Positions 28,566-39,160 of a stretch of DNA of 64,000 nt are shown one piece after another (within the stretch, counting starts at the first letter, position 1; each line of letters starts with the position of its first letter). Position numbers and translations under genes: made by a program. This DNA comes from an uncultured Clostridia bacterium (GTDB taxonomy: Bacteria > Bacillota > Clostridia > Christensenellales > UBA1242). Location: positions 102,279 through 166,278 of the forward strand of contig CAKVFH010000001.1 in assembly GCA_934746515.1 (NCBI GenBank). Direction: 5' to 3'. A model generated the notes under the pieces. That model was not told the origin of the DNA. It saw only the letters and a list, made by a program, of their open reading frames with translations, and did not search any database.

Positions 28566-29594
28566 ATGGATTTAAGCGATAGAAAAAAGAAAATCTTAAG
28601 CGCCGTTATTGAAACGAATATTAAAAACAAAAACGCCGAAGCTGTTTCAAGCAAACAACTTCAAGAAGATTATCTTCCAACTCTTTCTTCTGCAACAATC
28701 AGAAACGAACTTAATGCGCTTGAAGAAATGGGGTATCTCACACACCTGCACACTTCTTCTGGAAGAGTTCCTACAAGAGTCGGCTATGAAAAATACATAA
28801 ACGAGCTTATGCATGAAAAAAAGTTGACAGCTAGAGAAAAGGAAACAATCCAATCAAACTTTGCAAAAAAACTTGTTGGCATTCGTGATGTGATTGAGCG
28901 TTCAGCAAAAACCATTTCAAAAGTCACAAACTATGCTTCAGTTGTTTACTCTGGTCCAAGTAGAAATGCTATTATTGAAGACATCAAGCTTTATCCAGTC
29001 AGCCAAACAACACAGCTTATTGTTGTGGTTACTGATGAAAAAGTTATAAACGAACTTGCAAATCTCGGAACGAACGATGAAAACAATCTAAAGTCTGCCG
29101 CAGATGTTTTAAAAGAATTATTTGTCGGCAAGCCATTATCACTAATCAAAGATAGAGAGTTTAGAGACAAAGTTGTGAACAAGCAACTCAAAAAATACAA
29201 GGACGTATTTGATAAAGTTCTTGACGCAATCCAAGCAAGTGAAGAGCATTTGTCAAATGAAATCACAATTGCTGGAAAAGACAAACTTCTCGATTATCCT
29301 GAATTTAATGATATTGACAGACTTAAAAAGACAGTGTCAGCGCTAGAGAAAAACGAAACAATCATTCCAATCATGTCTAACGGCGAAGATTTGGAACTTT
29401 CAATCAATCTCTGCGATGATAATTCTGGTCTTGAAGATTGTTCAGTTATCACAGTTTCTTGCAATGTTGAAGGAAAACCAAAAATTACTGCTGGTGTTAT
29501 CGGTCCAATGAGAATGGATTATCCAAAAGCAATATCCGTTTTAAAGGAAGTTGCCGAAACGATAGAAAATTCACTAAAAGAAGGAGATTACTAA
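28566..29594 (+). CDS. hrcA: Heat-inducible transcription repressor HrcA
   Basis: SSATIRNELNALEEMGYLTHLHTSSGRVPT motif. Start at MDLSDRKKKIL, with GAAGGAGG upstream. Confidence 0.9.
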   Translation: MDLSDRKKKILSAVIETNIKNKNAEAVSSKQLQEDYLPTLSSATIRNELNALEEMGYLTHLHTSSGRVPTRVGYEKYINELMHEKKLTAREKETIQSNFAKKLVGIRDVIERSAKTISKVTNYASVVYSGPSRNAIIEDIKLYPVSQTTQLIVVVTDEKVINELANLGTNDENNLKSAADVLKELFVGKPLSLIKDREFRDKVVNKQLKKYKDVFDKVLDAIQASEEHLSNEITIAGKDKLLDYPEFNDIDRLKKTVSALEKNETIIPIMSNGEDLELSINLCDDNSGLEDCSVITVSCNVEGKPKITAGVIGPMRMDYPKAISVLKEVAETIENSLKEGDY

Positions 29595-30253
29595 TGGACG
29601 AGAAAAATGAAAACGCAAAACCAGATGAAAAGATAAATAATAATCATGAAGAAAACCATGAACACCATGAAGGTCATCATGATGACAAACATCACGAAAA
29701 CTGGAAAGAAAAAGAACACGAAAAGTTCAAAGAACTAAACGAAAAAATCGAAAATCTTACCAAGGATTTGGATGTTGCTAAAAAAACGATTGAAGAACAA
29801 AAATCAACAATCAACAATTATTTATCAACCGCATCTTACTATAAAAATGAGCTAGATAATCAAAAGAAAGATTTTGATAGATACAAGGAAAGAAATAAAA
29901 ACATTGAGCTTGAAGCAAAGACCAAAGCAAGCGAAACCATTGCAAAAAAGATTTTGCCAATCATTGACAATTTTGATCAAGCAATTGCACATGTTGATGC
30001 TGAAGTTATGAAAGGTTTTGCAATGATTTATGGCTCACTGAACAATATTTTAACCGACCTTGGTGTTGCTGAAATCAAAGCAGAAAATGAAAAACTTGAC
30101 CCAGAAATGCACAACTGCATTTCAACGGAAGAGACTGATGAGCAAGACAAAGACAACACCGTTGCAACCGTCTATCAAAAAGGATATATGTTTGCTGAAA
30201 GCAAAAAAGTTATCAGACCTGCAACAGTCTCTGTTTACAAAGCAAACAGTTAA
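29594..30253 (+). CDS. grpE: Nucleotide exchange factor GrpE
   Basis: KILPIIDNFDQA and a C-terminal beta domain. Has an unusually His-rich N-terminus. Confidence 0.9.
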   Translation: MDEKNENAKPDEKINNNHEENHEHHEGHHDDKHHENWKEKEHEKFKELNEKIENLTKDLDVAKKTIEEQKSTINNYLSTASYYKNELDNQKKDFDRYKERNKNIELEAKTKASETIAKKILPIIDNFDQAIAHVDAEVMKGFAMIYGSLNNILTDLGVAEIKAENEKLDPEMHNCISTEETDEQDKDNTVATVYQKGYMFAESKKVIRPATVSVYKANS

Positions 30254-30349
30254 TCGGTCTAGTTTTTGGGCATAAGGCTAACCAAGCATACAAAAAAAAT
30301 TATTAAACTAACTACGCTAAAAAGCTATTAAATAAAAGGAGAATTTATT

Positions 30350-32182
30350 ATGGGAAAAATTATAGGTATTGACCTTGGAACAACAAACTCATGTGTTGCT
30401 GTTATGGAAGGTGGCGAACCAACCGTCATCACAAATGCAGAAGGAAGCAGAACAACACCTTCTGTTGTTGGTTTTACTAAAGAAGGGGAAAGACTTGTTG
30501 GTCAAGTTGCAAAAAGACAAGCAGTTGCTAACCCTGAAAACACAATCCGTTCAATCAAATCAAAAATGGGCGAAAATGTGACAGTTACTGCTGGCGGAAA
30601 GAGTTACACTCCACCAGAAATTTCTGCTATGATTTTGTCTAAACTTAAAGCTGATGCTGAAAAATATCTCGGCGAACCTGTTACAGAAGCTGTCATCACA
30701 GTTCCTGCATACTTCAACGACTCACAAAGACAAGCTACAAAAGATGCTGGTAAAATCGCTGGTCTTGATGTAAAGAGAATTATCAACGAGCCAACAGCCG
30801 CAGCTCTTTCTTATGGACTTGACAAAGTTAAAGATCAAGATGGTCAAAAAATCTTGGTTTACGACCTTGGTGGTGGTACATTCGATATTTCTGTTCTTGA
30901 AATCGCTGATGGCGTTTTCCAAGTTCTTGCTACTGGTGGTAACACACACCTTGGTGGTGATAACTTCGATGAATGCATCATAAATTATTTGGTAGAAGAA
31001 TTCAAAAAGAGCGACGGCATTGATCTTTCAAAAGATAAAATGGCTATGCAAAGACTTAAAGAAGCTGCTGAAAAAACAAAAATTGAGCTTTCAACACTCA
31101 ACCAAAGCACAGTTTCTCTTCCATTCATTTCTGCTGATAGCACTGGCCCAAAACACTTGGAAGTCAACATCACTCGTGCAAAATTTGAATCTATGATTGA
31201 AAATTATATCAACGAAACAATTGATTTAACCAAAAAGGCTCTTGCTGATGCAAAACTTACTGTTAATGATATTGCAAAAATCATCATGGTAGGTGGTTCA
31301 ACCAGAATCCCTATGGTTCTTGATAAGGTTGAAAAATATATCGGCAAAAAACCATTCACTGGCATCAACCCTGATGAATGTGTTGCTATCGGTGCAGCTA
31401 TTCAAGGTGGTGTGCTTGCTGGTGATGTTAAAGATGTGCTTCTTTTGGATGTAACTCCACTTTCACTTGGTATTGAAACCATGGGTGGTGTGTTCACAAA
31501 ACTTATTGAAAAGAACACAACAATCCCTACAACAAAAACTCAAATTTTCTCAACCGCTGCTGATAACCAACCAGGCGTTGACATTCATGTATTGCAAGGT
31601 GAAAGAGAGTTTGCTGCAGACAACAAAACACTCGGAAGATTTGAACTTACAGGTATTCCACCAGCTCCAAGAGGCGTTCCACAAATCGAAGTTAAATTTG
31701 ATATTGATGCAAACGGTATTGTTCATGTTTCTGCAAAAGACCTTGGAACAGGCAAATCACAAGACATAACAATCACTGCTTCATCAAACCTTTCTGATGC
31801 TGATATTGACAAAGCTATCAAAGAAGCTGAACAATATGCTGAAGAAGATAAGAAGAGAAAGGAAGTTGTTGATAACAAAAACAGCCTTGACCAACTTATC
31901 GCTGGCATTGAAAAAGTTTTGAGAGAAAGCGGAGACAAACTTTCTGCTGAAGATAAAACAAAACTTGAAGAAGCAACAAACAAAGCTAAAGAGACCTACA
32001 AAACAGCAAATGATGTTGAAACTCTCAAAGCTGCAGTTGAAGAACTTTCAAAAGTTTCAAACGAAATTTTCTCTAAACTTTATCAAAATGCTAATCCAAA
32101 TGGCGGAGCTCAAGGTGGCGCTGGTGATGCTGGAAACGGCAACACAGATCCAAACAACTTTGGTGACTTCACAACAAAATAA
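30350..32182 (+). CDS. dnaK: Molecular chaperone DnaK
   Basis: [21 protein letters not shown] and VGGSTRIP motifs. Confidence 0.97.
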   Translation: MGKIIGIDLGTTNSCVAVMEGGEPTVITNAEGSRTTPSVVGFTKEGERLVGQVAKRQAVANPENTIRSIKSKMGENVTVTAGGKSYTPPEISAMILSKLKADAEKYLGEPVTEAVITVPAYFNDSQRQATKDAGKIAGLDVKRIINEPTAAALSYGLDKVKDQDGQKILVYDLGGGTFDISVLEIADGVFQVLATGGNTHLGGDNFDECIINYLVEEFKKSDGIDLSKDKMAMQRLKEAAEKTKIELSTLNQSTVSLPFISADSTGPKHLEVNITRAKFESMIENYINETIDLTKKALADAKLTVNDIAKIIMVGGSTRIPMVLDKVEKYIGKKPFTGINPDECVAIGAAIQGGVLAGDVKDVLLLDVTPLSLGIETMGGVFTKLIEKNTTIPTTKTQIFSTAADNQPGVDIHVLQGEREFAADNKTLGRFELTGIPPAPRGVPQIEVKFDIDANGIVHVSAKDLGTGKSQDITITASSNLSDADIDKAIKEAEQYAEEDKKRKEVVDNKNSLDQLIAGIEKVLRESGDKLSAEDKTKLEEATNKAKETYKTANDVETLKAAVEELSKVSNEIFSKLYQNANPNGGAQGGAGDAGNGNTDPNNFGDFTTK

Positions 32183-32255
32183 AATTTTATAAGATCTACA
32201 CTCGCTTGAAACTCAGGCGAGTGTAATCTATTCAATTTAGAAAAAGGAAATAACA

Positions 32256-33407
32256 ATGGCTGATAAAAATTATTATGACATTTTGGGTGTTAATAAAAAT
32301 GCTTCAGATGACGAAATCAAAAAAGCATACAGGTCACTAGCAAAAAAATATCATCCAGACCTAAACCCAGGAAATGCAGAAGCAGCTGAAAAACTAAAAC
32401 AAGTCAACGAAGCTTATAGTGTTCTTTCTGATAAAACAAAAAGACAAAACTATGACACTTACGGCAACGAGAATGGCCCACAAGGCTTTGGCGGATTCGG
32501 TGGAAGTGGCTTTGGTGGCAGCGGTTTCAGCGGATTCTCAACCGAAGACTTTGGCGGATTTGGCGACATTTTCAGCAATATTTTTGGTGGGTTCGGTGGC
32601 GGAAGCAGCCGTTCTTCAAGAAAATCATCTGGCGCTATGCAGGGTGCTGACATTCAAGTTAAGCTAAAGTTATCATTTGTTGAAGCTGCTTTCGGTTGCA
32701 AAAAAACAATCAATTTAACTAGAAGTGAAACCTGTAAAGTCTGCAACGGAACTGGTGCTAAAAACGGAACAGAGCTTGCCACTTGCACAAGATGTAAAGG
32801 CACTGGTGTTGTTCGCCAAACTCAAAACTCGCTTTTTGGTCAAATGATTTCTGAATCAGTTTGTCCAGACTGTCATGGAACCGGCAAAATGATTAAAGAG
32901 AAATGTCCAAACTGTTCTGGCGCTGGAATCACTCGTGAAAACAGAAGCATTGAACTTAATATTCCTGGTGGTATTGACAACAACCAAGTCTTGACACTTC
33001 GCGGTCAAGGTGAAGCTGGACAAAACGGCGGACCTGCTGGTGACATTCAAATTTTGATTCAAGTTGACAACCACAAAACATTGAAACGTGAAGGTTTTGA
33101 TGTTTATGAAGATGTTCCAATCACTTTTGCTGAAGCTATGCTTGGCGGAAAAGTTAAAATTCCTGGCATTGATGAAACACTTGAACTAACAATTCCAGAA
33201 GGTTCACAAACCGGAACAATCGTTTCAATGAAAGGCAAAGGAACAAAGATTTTAAACAAGAATGGCTATGGTGATTTGTTTGCAAAACTCGTCATTGAAA
33301 TTCCAAAATCACTTGATAAAAACCAAAAGAAAATGCTTCAAGATTTGAGCGATAGTATTTCTGCTAGTCAATACACAAAAAAGAAAGCATTTAATGACAA
33401 ACTATAA
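32256..33407 (+). CDS. dnaJ: Molecular chaperone DnaJ
   Basis: J domain with HPD, a G/F-rich linker and four CxxCxG zinc-finger repeats. Confidence 0.95.
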   Translation: MADKNYYDILGVNKNASDDEIKKAYRSLAKKYHPDLNPGNAEAAEKLKQVNEAYSVLSDKTKRQNYDTYGNENGPQGFGGFGGSGFGGSGFSGFSTEDFGGFGDIFSNIFGGFGGGSSRSSRKSSGAMQGADIQVKLKLSFVEAAFGCKKTINLTRSETCKVCNGTGAKNGTELATCTRCKGTGVVRQTQNSLFGQMISESVCPDCHGTGKMIKEKCPNCSGAGITRENRSIELNIPGGIDNNQVLTLRGQGEAGQNGGPAGDIQILIQVDNHKTLKREGFDVYEDVPITFAEAMLGGKVKIPGIDETLELTIPEGSQTGTIVSMKGKGTKILNKNGYGDLFAKLVIEIPKSLDKNQKKMLQDLSDSISASQYTKKKAFNDKL

Positions 33408-33411
33408 AAAA

Positions 33412-33442
33412 TAGTCCACGAAAAATAATTCGTGGGCTTTTT
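33412..33442 (+). terminator. Terminator of the dnaK operon
   Basis: GTCCACGA pairs with TCGTGGGC, followed by TTTTTT. Confidence 0.8.
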
Positions 33443-33627
33443 TAGTCTTTGATAACGGACTTATTTTTTTATTTTGCTTGTAACTAACATTTCTAAATTG
33501 TTTTATTAAAATTGCAGCTAAAATTGTTTTAAACTGACTTTAATTTACTTTTGCCGATAATAATCAAATCAATCATTTGCCTTAAATCACGCAAAAACTA
33601 ATCACGAAAAAGATGAATTTGTTTTTA

Positions 33628-33655
33628 TTGACAAACTTGCAAAATCAAATATAAT
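33628..33655 (+). promoter_or_regulatory. Promoter abutting the rsmE start codon
   Basis: TTGACA (33628-33633), a 16-nt spacer, then TATAAT (33650-33655). The ATG is at 33664 and no SD lies between. Confidence 0.6.
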
Positions 33656-33663
33656 ATATACTT

Positions 33664-34395
33664 ATGAAAGAAAAGAGATTTTATATAAATGAAGAGCTTT
33701 TTGAAGGCAAAAATGTGTGTTTGGAAGGTGAAGAATTTCATCATTTAGCAAATGTAATGAGAGCCAGAATTGGTGACAGTGTTTGTCTTTTTAATGGAAA
33801 TGGAAAATTCTATTTTGGAAAAATAACGCAAATTAACAAAAAAAATGCTGAAATTTTGATTCAAAACGAGCAAATTTCGCAAAATGAGCCAAAAATTAAA
33901 TTAACAATTTACCAGGCTCTTGCCAAAGGCGACAAGCTTAGTTTGGTTATGCAAAAGATAACAGAAATTGGGGCAAGCAATCTATGTTTGTTTGAAAGTG
34001 AGTTTTGCGATGTCAAATCCAACACCGGAAAGCAAGAGAGACTTGACAATATTTCCATCTCGGCGGCAAAGCAATGTGGAAGAGCAAGTCTAGTGCAAAC
34101 TTCGGGAATTTTTAACATAAAACAGATTGCAGAGCAAATAAAAGACTATGATGCATTTTATGTGGCTTATGAAGCTGAAGACGGAGCAACACTTTCAAAT
34201 TCATTGATTTTAAATAAAGGGAAACTTCAAAACATTGCAATAATGATTGGCGCGGAAGGTGGTTTTTCAGAAAAAGAAATCGAACTTTTAAAGTCTAGTG
34301 GAGCAAAAATTGTTTCACTTGGAAATAGAATTTTAAGAACAGAAACAGCTTCAATTGTTTGTGCAGGACTTGCCATGCAAATTTTGGAGCAATAA
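33664..34395 (+). CDS. rsmE: 16S rRNA (uracil1498-N3)-methyltransferase RsmE
   Basis: 243 aa with an RsmE-type PUA-like N-terminus and a C-terminal GAEGGFSEKE...LGNRILRTETA motif. Confidence 0.85.
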   Translation: MKEKRFYINEELFEGKNVCLEGEEFHHLANVMRARIGDSVCLFNGNGKFYFGKITQINKKNAEILIQNEQISQNEPKIKLTIYQALAKGDKLSLVMQKITEIGASNLCLFESEFCDVKSNTGKQERLDNISISAAKQCGRASLVQTSGIFNIKQIAEQIKDYDAFYVAYEAEDGATLSNSLILNKGKLQNIAIMIGAEGGFSEKEIELLKSSGAKIVSLGNRILRTETASIVCAGLAMQILEQ

Positions 34396-34402
34396 GGAAA
34401 AA

Positions 34403-35659
34403 ATGAAAAAAGTATCAATTGTTACACTTGGTTGCAAAGTTAACCAATATGAAAGCGAAGAGCTTGCGGAAAGACTTGAAACCGATGGTTACGAAACAAC
34501 CATGGGTTTAGTTTTTGCTGACATTTATGTTATAAACACCTGTGCAGTCACCAACGAAGCTGAAAGAAAATCAAGAAACATCATAACAAAACTTTTAAAA
34601 CTCAACCCTAACGCAAAAATTTATATCTGCGGTTGTGCATCAGAACATAACACCGAAAAATTCAATAAAGGTGAATTCGTAAAAGCAATTGTTGGAAACA
34701 ACAATAAAACGAAACTTGCCGAACAAATTGAAAATGATGACGAAGAATTTTTAAACAATAAAAAACTCACATCTTATAAGAGAATAACAGACAGAACTAG
34801 AGCAGTTTTGTGGGTTCAAAATGGTTGCAATAACTTCTGTTCATACTGCATCATTCCTTATTTAAGGGGAAGAGAACAAAGTTTTCCACTTGAAGAAATT
34901 GAACAAAAGGTTCGCGTTTTAGAGAAACAAGCAAATGAAATTGTTATTGCTGGCATCAATCTTTCGGCTTATGGAAGAGATGTAAAAGGCAGTGACGGAC
35001 TCATTGAAATTGCAAGGCTCTTTAGAAACAGCCCATCAAGATTTAGATTTTCATCAATCCATGTCGATGTTATAAACGAAAACTTTTTGAAGGAGCTTTT
35101 AACTTTTGACAATTTCTGCGACCAATTTCACCTAAGTTTGCAGAGCGGTTCAAACAACACTTTAAAGGCAATGAATCGTCACTACACAAAGGAAGAATTT
35201 TTGGAAAAGGTGAACCTGATCAGACAATATTTTCCAAATGCCGGAATCACAACCGATATCATTATTGGTTTTCCAAGCGAAACTGAAGCCGACTTTGAAG
35301 AGTCTCTTGAATTTGCAAAACAAGCAAACTTTTCAGAAATGCACATTTTCCCATTTTCTTCAAGGCAAGGAACTGTTGCTGAAAAAATGAAAAATGTGGC
35401 AACCAATGTCGCTGAAAGAGTAAAGAGAATGAGCGAACTTGAGAAATCTATGAAACTAGAGTTCATAAACAAAAATCTTGGACTCACTCATGAAGTGATT
35501 ATTGAAAATAATAAGAATGGCTACTATCTTGCACACACAAAAAACTATATTTTGTGCTATATAGAATCAGACAAGCCAATCGAACATAACAAAAAAGTTT
35601 TTGTGAAACTTACTCAAGCTTTTGAAGATGGCGCAAAGGCTGAAATTGTCAAAATGTAA
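34403..35659 (+). CDS. mtaB: tRNA threonylcarbamoyladenosine methylthiotransferase MtaB (MiaB-like)
   Basis: N-terminal UPF0004 domain (TLGCKVNQYES, CAVTNEAERKSR) and radical SAM CNNFCSYCIIP. Follows rsmE as in Bacillus yqeU-yqeV. Confidence 0.8.
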   Translation: MKKVSIVTLGCKVNQYESEELAERLETDGYETTMGLVFADIYVINTCAVTNEAERKSRNIITKLLKLNPNAKIYICGCASEHNTEKFNKGEFVKAIVGNNNKTKLAEQIENDDEEFLNNKKLTSYKRITDRTRAVLWVQNGCNNFCSYCIIPYLRGREQSFPLEEIEQKVRVLEKQANEIVIAGINLSAYGRDVKGSDGLIEIARLFRNSPSRFRFSSIHVDVINENFLKELLTFDNFCDQFHLSLQSGSNNTLKAMNRHYTKEEFLEKVNLIRQYFPNAGITTDIIIGFPSETEADFEESLEFAKQANFSEMHIFPFSSRQGTVAEKMKNVATNVAERVKRMSELEKSMKLEFINKNLGLTHEVIIENNKNGYYLAHTKNYILCYIESDKPIEHNKKVFVKLTQAFEDGAKAEIVKM

Positions 35660-35843
35660 AAATATCAAAAATTCAACATAAAAAATACAAGATAAATAAT
35701 TTTTGCAATTTATCAGCTAAAATGTAAAATTTCAATCAAAAATCACAATTCTATACATTTTAACATTAAAAATGGCTACTTTTTAAGCTTAAATTTAATT
35801 ATTTCAAGAATCTGATAGTTTTTGGCTATTAAATGAAAAATCA

Positions 35844-35872
35844 TTGACAAACACTTGTGTTTGTGTTATCAT
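35844..35872 (+). promoter_or_regulatory. rpsU promoter with an extended -10
   Basis: TTGACA (35844-35849), a 17-nt spacer, then TGTTATCAT (35864-35872). Confidence 0.7.
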
Positions 35873-35908
35873 TTATTCAGTTTTTATTGAAAGGAGGTGA
35901 AACAGAAC

Positions 35909-36088
35909 ATGACAACAGTTAAAGTTGGCGATAATGAAAGCCTTGACAGCGCTCTCAAAAGATGGAAGAGAAAATGTCAAAAAGACGGTATCATTGGTGA
36001 TATCAGAAAGAAAGAGGCTTATGTTAAACCTTCAGTTGCTAAAAAATTAAAAAGTGAAGCAGCTAGAAAAAGAGCTAGAAAAGGCTAA
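35909..36088 (+). CDS. rpsU: 30S ribosomal protein S21
   Basis: [22 protein letters not shown]...ARKRARKG, with AGGAGG upstream. Confidence 0.9.
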   Translation: MTTVKVGDNESLDSALKRWKRKCQKDGIIGDIRKKEAYVKPSVAKKLKSEAARKRARKG

Positions 36089-36097
36089 ACAATTAAA

Positions 36098-36128
36098 AGC
36101 AGGTTTCAATTTGGAACCTGTTTTTCTT
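36098..36128 (+). terminator. rpsU terminator
   Basis: CAGGTT pairs with AACCTG, followed by TTTTT. Confidence 0.75.
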
Positions 36129-36447
36129 TTGCTTAATTTAGTTTAAAATAAATAAATTACTAATTTTGTTACCACACCAAATAACAAGCACTTTATTTCA
36201 ACACCTAAAAGGTTTACTTTCATAAAAATCACTTAACTAAAATGGGTGGACGAGTGAGTAGATTTGTTTTCTCATCTTTCACAAATTTTACACATAAAAA
36301 ATTTGTTTAAGCCAGCGTAAGTTCAGTATTTCATTCAGATGAAATTTATTTGACTTAATTTGTTATAATTTGTCTTATTTTGAAGAATGCAACATTTCTT
36401 TAACAATAAGAAATAAAATGTTTCTAGACTTTTTTGTGAAGGAGATT

Positions 36448-36780
36448 GTTATGTCAAATAACACACTAAAACAACTCGCACTAAAGGCAAAAAAAAGATT
36501 AAGCACAGTAGGACAAACAATATCTCAAAAGCAAACAACGGCATACTTAAGCCAAACAACTTATGCTTTGGTTGCTAACTTGCAAGATATAAAAGACGAC
36601 CCACTATACGAAAAAGTTAAAAAATTGGTTACCAGAGATGATTTTTATAGTCCAATTGCAGAACTAACAGATCACAAAATTTATGACAAATTATCTCAAA
36701 CGGAAAAAGAAAGATATGTCATTGACTTATCAAAAAGATATGTTGAGCTAAAGGAACATTTTTTAAAGAATGGAATCTGA
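36448..36780 (+). CDS. Hypothetical protein
   Basis: About 110 aa from the ATG with GAAGGAG upstream (MSNNTLKQL...). No motif recognised. Confidence 0.5.
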   Translation, partial: VMSNNTLKQLALKAKKRLSTVGQTISQKQTTAYLSQTTYALVANLQDIKDDPLYEKVKKLVTRDDFYSPIAELTDHKIYDKLSQTEKERYVIDLSKRYVELKEHFLKNGI

Positions 36781-36868
36781 TAGCAATAAAAAATGGTGCA
36801 AATTGCATCGTTTTTTTATTTTGATATAAGGAAGTGTTATGCTAAAATAGTGTGGTAAGGAAACACTA

Positions 36869-39139
36869 ATGGAAGACGAAATTTTATCAAACTTAAATGA
36901 AGAACAAAAACTGCCTGCATCAACCATAAATGGGCCGGTGTTAGTTACTGCTGGAGCGGGTAGTGGAAAAACCAGAATGCTCACGCATAGAATTGCATAC
37001 ATGGTTAAATCTTTGGGAATCAGTCCATCGAATATTTTGGCGATAACTTTTACAAACAAAGCCGCAAATGAAATGAAAGAAAGACTCTCAAACATGATTG
37101 ACGACCTTGGCGACATGTGGGTTTGCACTTTCCACGCAATGTGCTCAAAAATTTTGAGATACAACATCTCACTTTTGGGTTACACAAGCAGTTTTTCGAT
37201 TTATGGCGACACAGAAAAATCAAGAACTATCAAGAGAATTTTGGAGAATAAAAAAACTGAAATCAATGCCGAAACATTCGCTTGGCACATTTCTAATGCA
37301 AAAAATAATTTATTCTCACCAGAAAAATATTCAACCTTTATTAGAGATAAAAAGAAATGTGAAATAATCACATCGGTTTATGAAGAATATGAACAAGAAC
37401 TAAAGAAAGCAAACGCGCTTGATTTTGATGATTTACTCTGCAAAACCTATGAACTTCTCGTTAAAAATCCAGACACTCTAAACTATTATCAAAACAAATT
37501 TAGATATATTCATGTTGACGAGTTTCAAGACACAAACACCGCTCAATATCAGCTGATTAAACTCCTTGCGGGCGACAATAACAATGTGTTTGCGGTTGGT
37601 GATGAAGATCAATGTATTTATTCTTGGCGTGGGGCAGAAGTTGCCAATGTGAAGCAATTTACAATTGATTTTAAGGGTTGCAAAATCTTTAAACTTGAAC
37701 AAAACTACAGATCCACAAAAAAGATTATTGGTCTTGCTAACAAACTAATCAAAAACAATGTTTCAAGAATTGAAAAAAATCTTTGGACAAGCAATGAAGA
37801 TGGTGCGGAAGTTGAACTGAAGCAAACTTACAACGATATTGAAGAAGCCGAATTTGTTGCTGAAAAAATAAGCAGTCTTGTTGCACATGGCGCACAGTTT
37901 AAAGATTTCGCAATATTGATGCGTGTAAACGCGCTATCCAGAATTTTGGAAGAAAAACTTTTAACCTACAACATTCCATATAAAATTTATGGTGGCTTCA
38001 AGTTTTTTGAAAGAAAAGAAATCAAAGACACTGTTGCATATCTTCATTTGCTAACAAACCCAAATGACACTGACGCAACAATCAGAATGCTGGGGTTCCC
38101 TAAAAAGGGCATTGGCGATGTAACAATCGCAGAAATTCAAAAACTTGCTGAAGCAAACAGCGTTTCAATGATGGATATCATCAATAATCCAGAGCAATTT
38201 GGAGTGACAAACGCGCTTGCTAAAAAGCTTTTGCCAATTCAAGATTTGTTTGTTGACTTAAATCAAAAAATGAGTGAAATGCCACTCGATGAATTTGCAA
38301 GCTACATGATTGAAAAGGTGCAAATTAAAGAGTCTATTGGAACAAAAACAGAAGAAGATGAAAACAAGTGTTTGAACATTGATGACTTTGTGAAATCTGT
38401 AACCGAATTTACTGAAGCAAACGAAGGGGCTGGCATTGATGAATTTTTGCAAAGTATAACACTCATGCGCGACATTGATAGCCTAGATGATGAAGAAAAC
38501 TATGTCACGCTCATGACAATTCACTCGGCAAAAGGGCTTGAATTTAACACTGTATTTTTGATTGGTTTAAATGACGGATTGTTTCCACTTTCAAGAGCAA
38601 TCAATAGCGCGGACACAAACGAGCTTGAAGAAGAGCGCAGACTTATGTATGTTGCAATAACCAGAGCAAAGAAAAAGTTATATTTGTCAAGACCACGAGT
38701 TAAGTTTAATTATGAGTCAAAACGAATGGACTACACAATGCAATCGAGATTTTTGGAAGAAATGTTTGACGACCTTAAAAACAAAAAGCAAGCAAGTTCC
38801 GTCTTTAAAACAACACTTGATGAAAGCGGATTTGGAAATGCAATTTCAAAGAGAGAGTCAAGAGAATCACTATCTGAAAACATGGCTTCGCACATCAACA
38901 TTGTCAATGTTTCTGGAACAAAAACAAACTCTGTTTCAAGCGCAAGCGCAAACAAAATTAGTCCGTCAGAATACTCGAAATTTAAAACTGGCGTGAAGGT
39001 AAAACATCCACACTTTGGATATGGTATCATAACTTTAGGTGTAACAGATTTTGCCAGTGCATTTGTCACAATCAAGTTTGATTCAGTCGGAATTAAAACA
39101 CTATCACTAAAATATGCAAATTTGGAAATAATAGAATAA
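36869..39139 (+). CDS. pcrA: ATP-dependent DNA helicase PcrA
   Basis: AGAGSGKT, DEFQDTN and VGDEDQCIYSWRGA motifs. Located upstream of ligA as in Bacillus. Confidence 0.92.
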   Translation: MEDEILSNLNEEQKLPASTINGPVLVTAGAGSGKTRMLTHRIAYMVKSLGISPSNILAITFTNKAANEMKERLSNMIDDLGDMWVCTFHAMCSKILRYNISLLGYTSSFSIYGDTEKSRTIKRILENKKTEINAETFAWHISNAKNNLFSPEKYSTFIRDKKKCEIITSVYEEYEQELKKANALDFDDLLCKTYELLVKNPDTLNYYQNKFRYIHVDEFQDTNTAQYQLIKLLAGDNNNVFAVGDEDQCIYSWRGAEVANVKQFTIDFKGCKIFKLEQNYRSTKKIIGLANKLIKNNVSRIEKNLWTSNEDGAEVELKQTYNDIEEAEFVAEKISSLVAHGAQFKDFAILMRVNALSRILEEKLLTYNIPYKIYGGFKFFERKEIKDTVAYLHLLTNPNDTDATIRMLGFPKKGIGDVTIAEIQKLAEANSVSMMDIINNPEQFGVTNALAKKLLPIQDLFVDLNQKMSEMPLDEFASYMIEKVQIKESIGTKTEEDENKCLNIDDFVKSVTEFTEANEGAGIDEFLQSITLMRDIDSLDDEENYVTLMTIHSAKGLEFNTVFLIGLNDGLFPLSRAINSADTNELEEERRLMYVAITRAKKKLYLSRPRVKFNYESKRMDYTMQSRFLEEMFDDLKNKKQASSVFKTTLDESGFGNAISKRESRESLSENMASHINIVNVSGTKTNSVSSASANKISPSEYSKFKTGVKVKHPHFGYGIITLGVTDFASAFVTIKFDSVGIKTLSLKYANLEIIE

Positions 39140-39160
39140 AAAACGCAAAATAGGTGCAAA

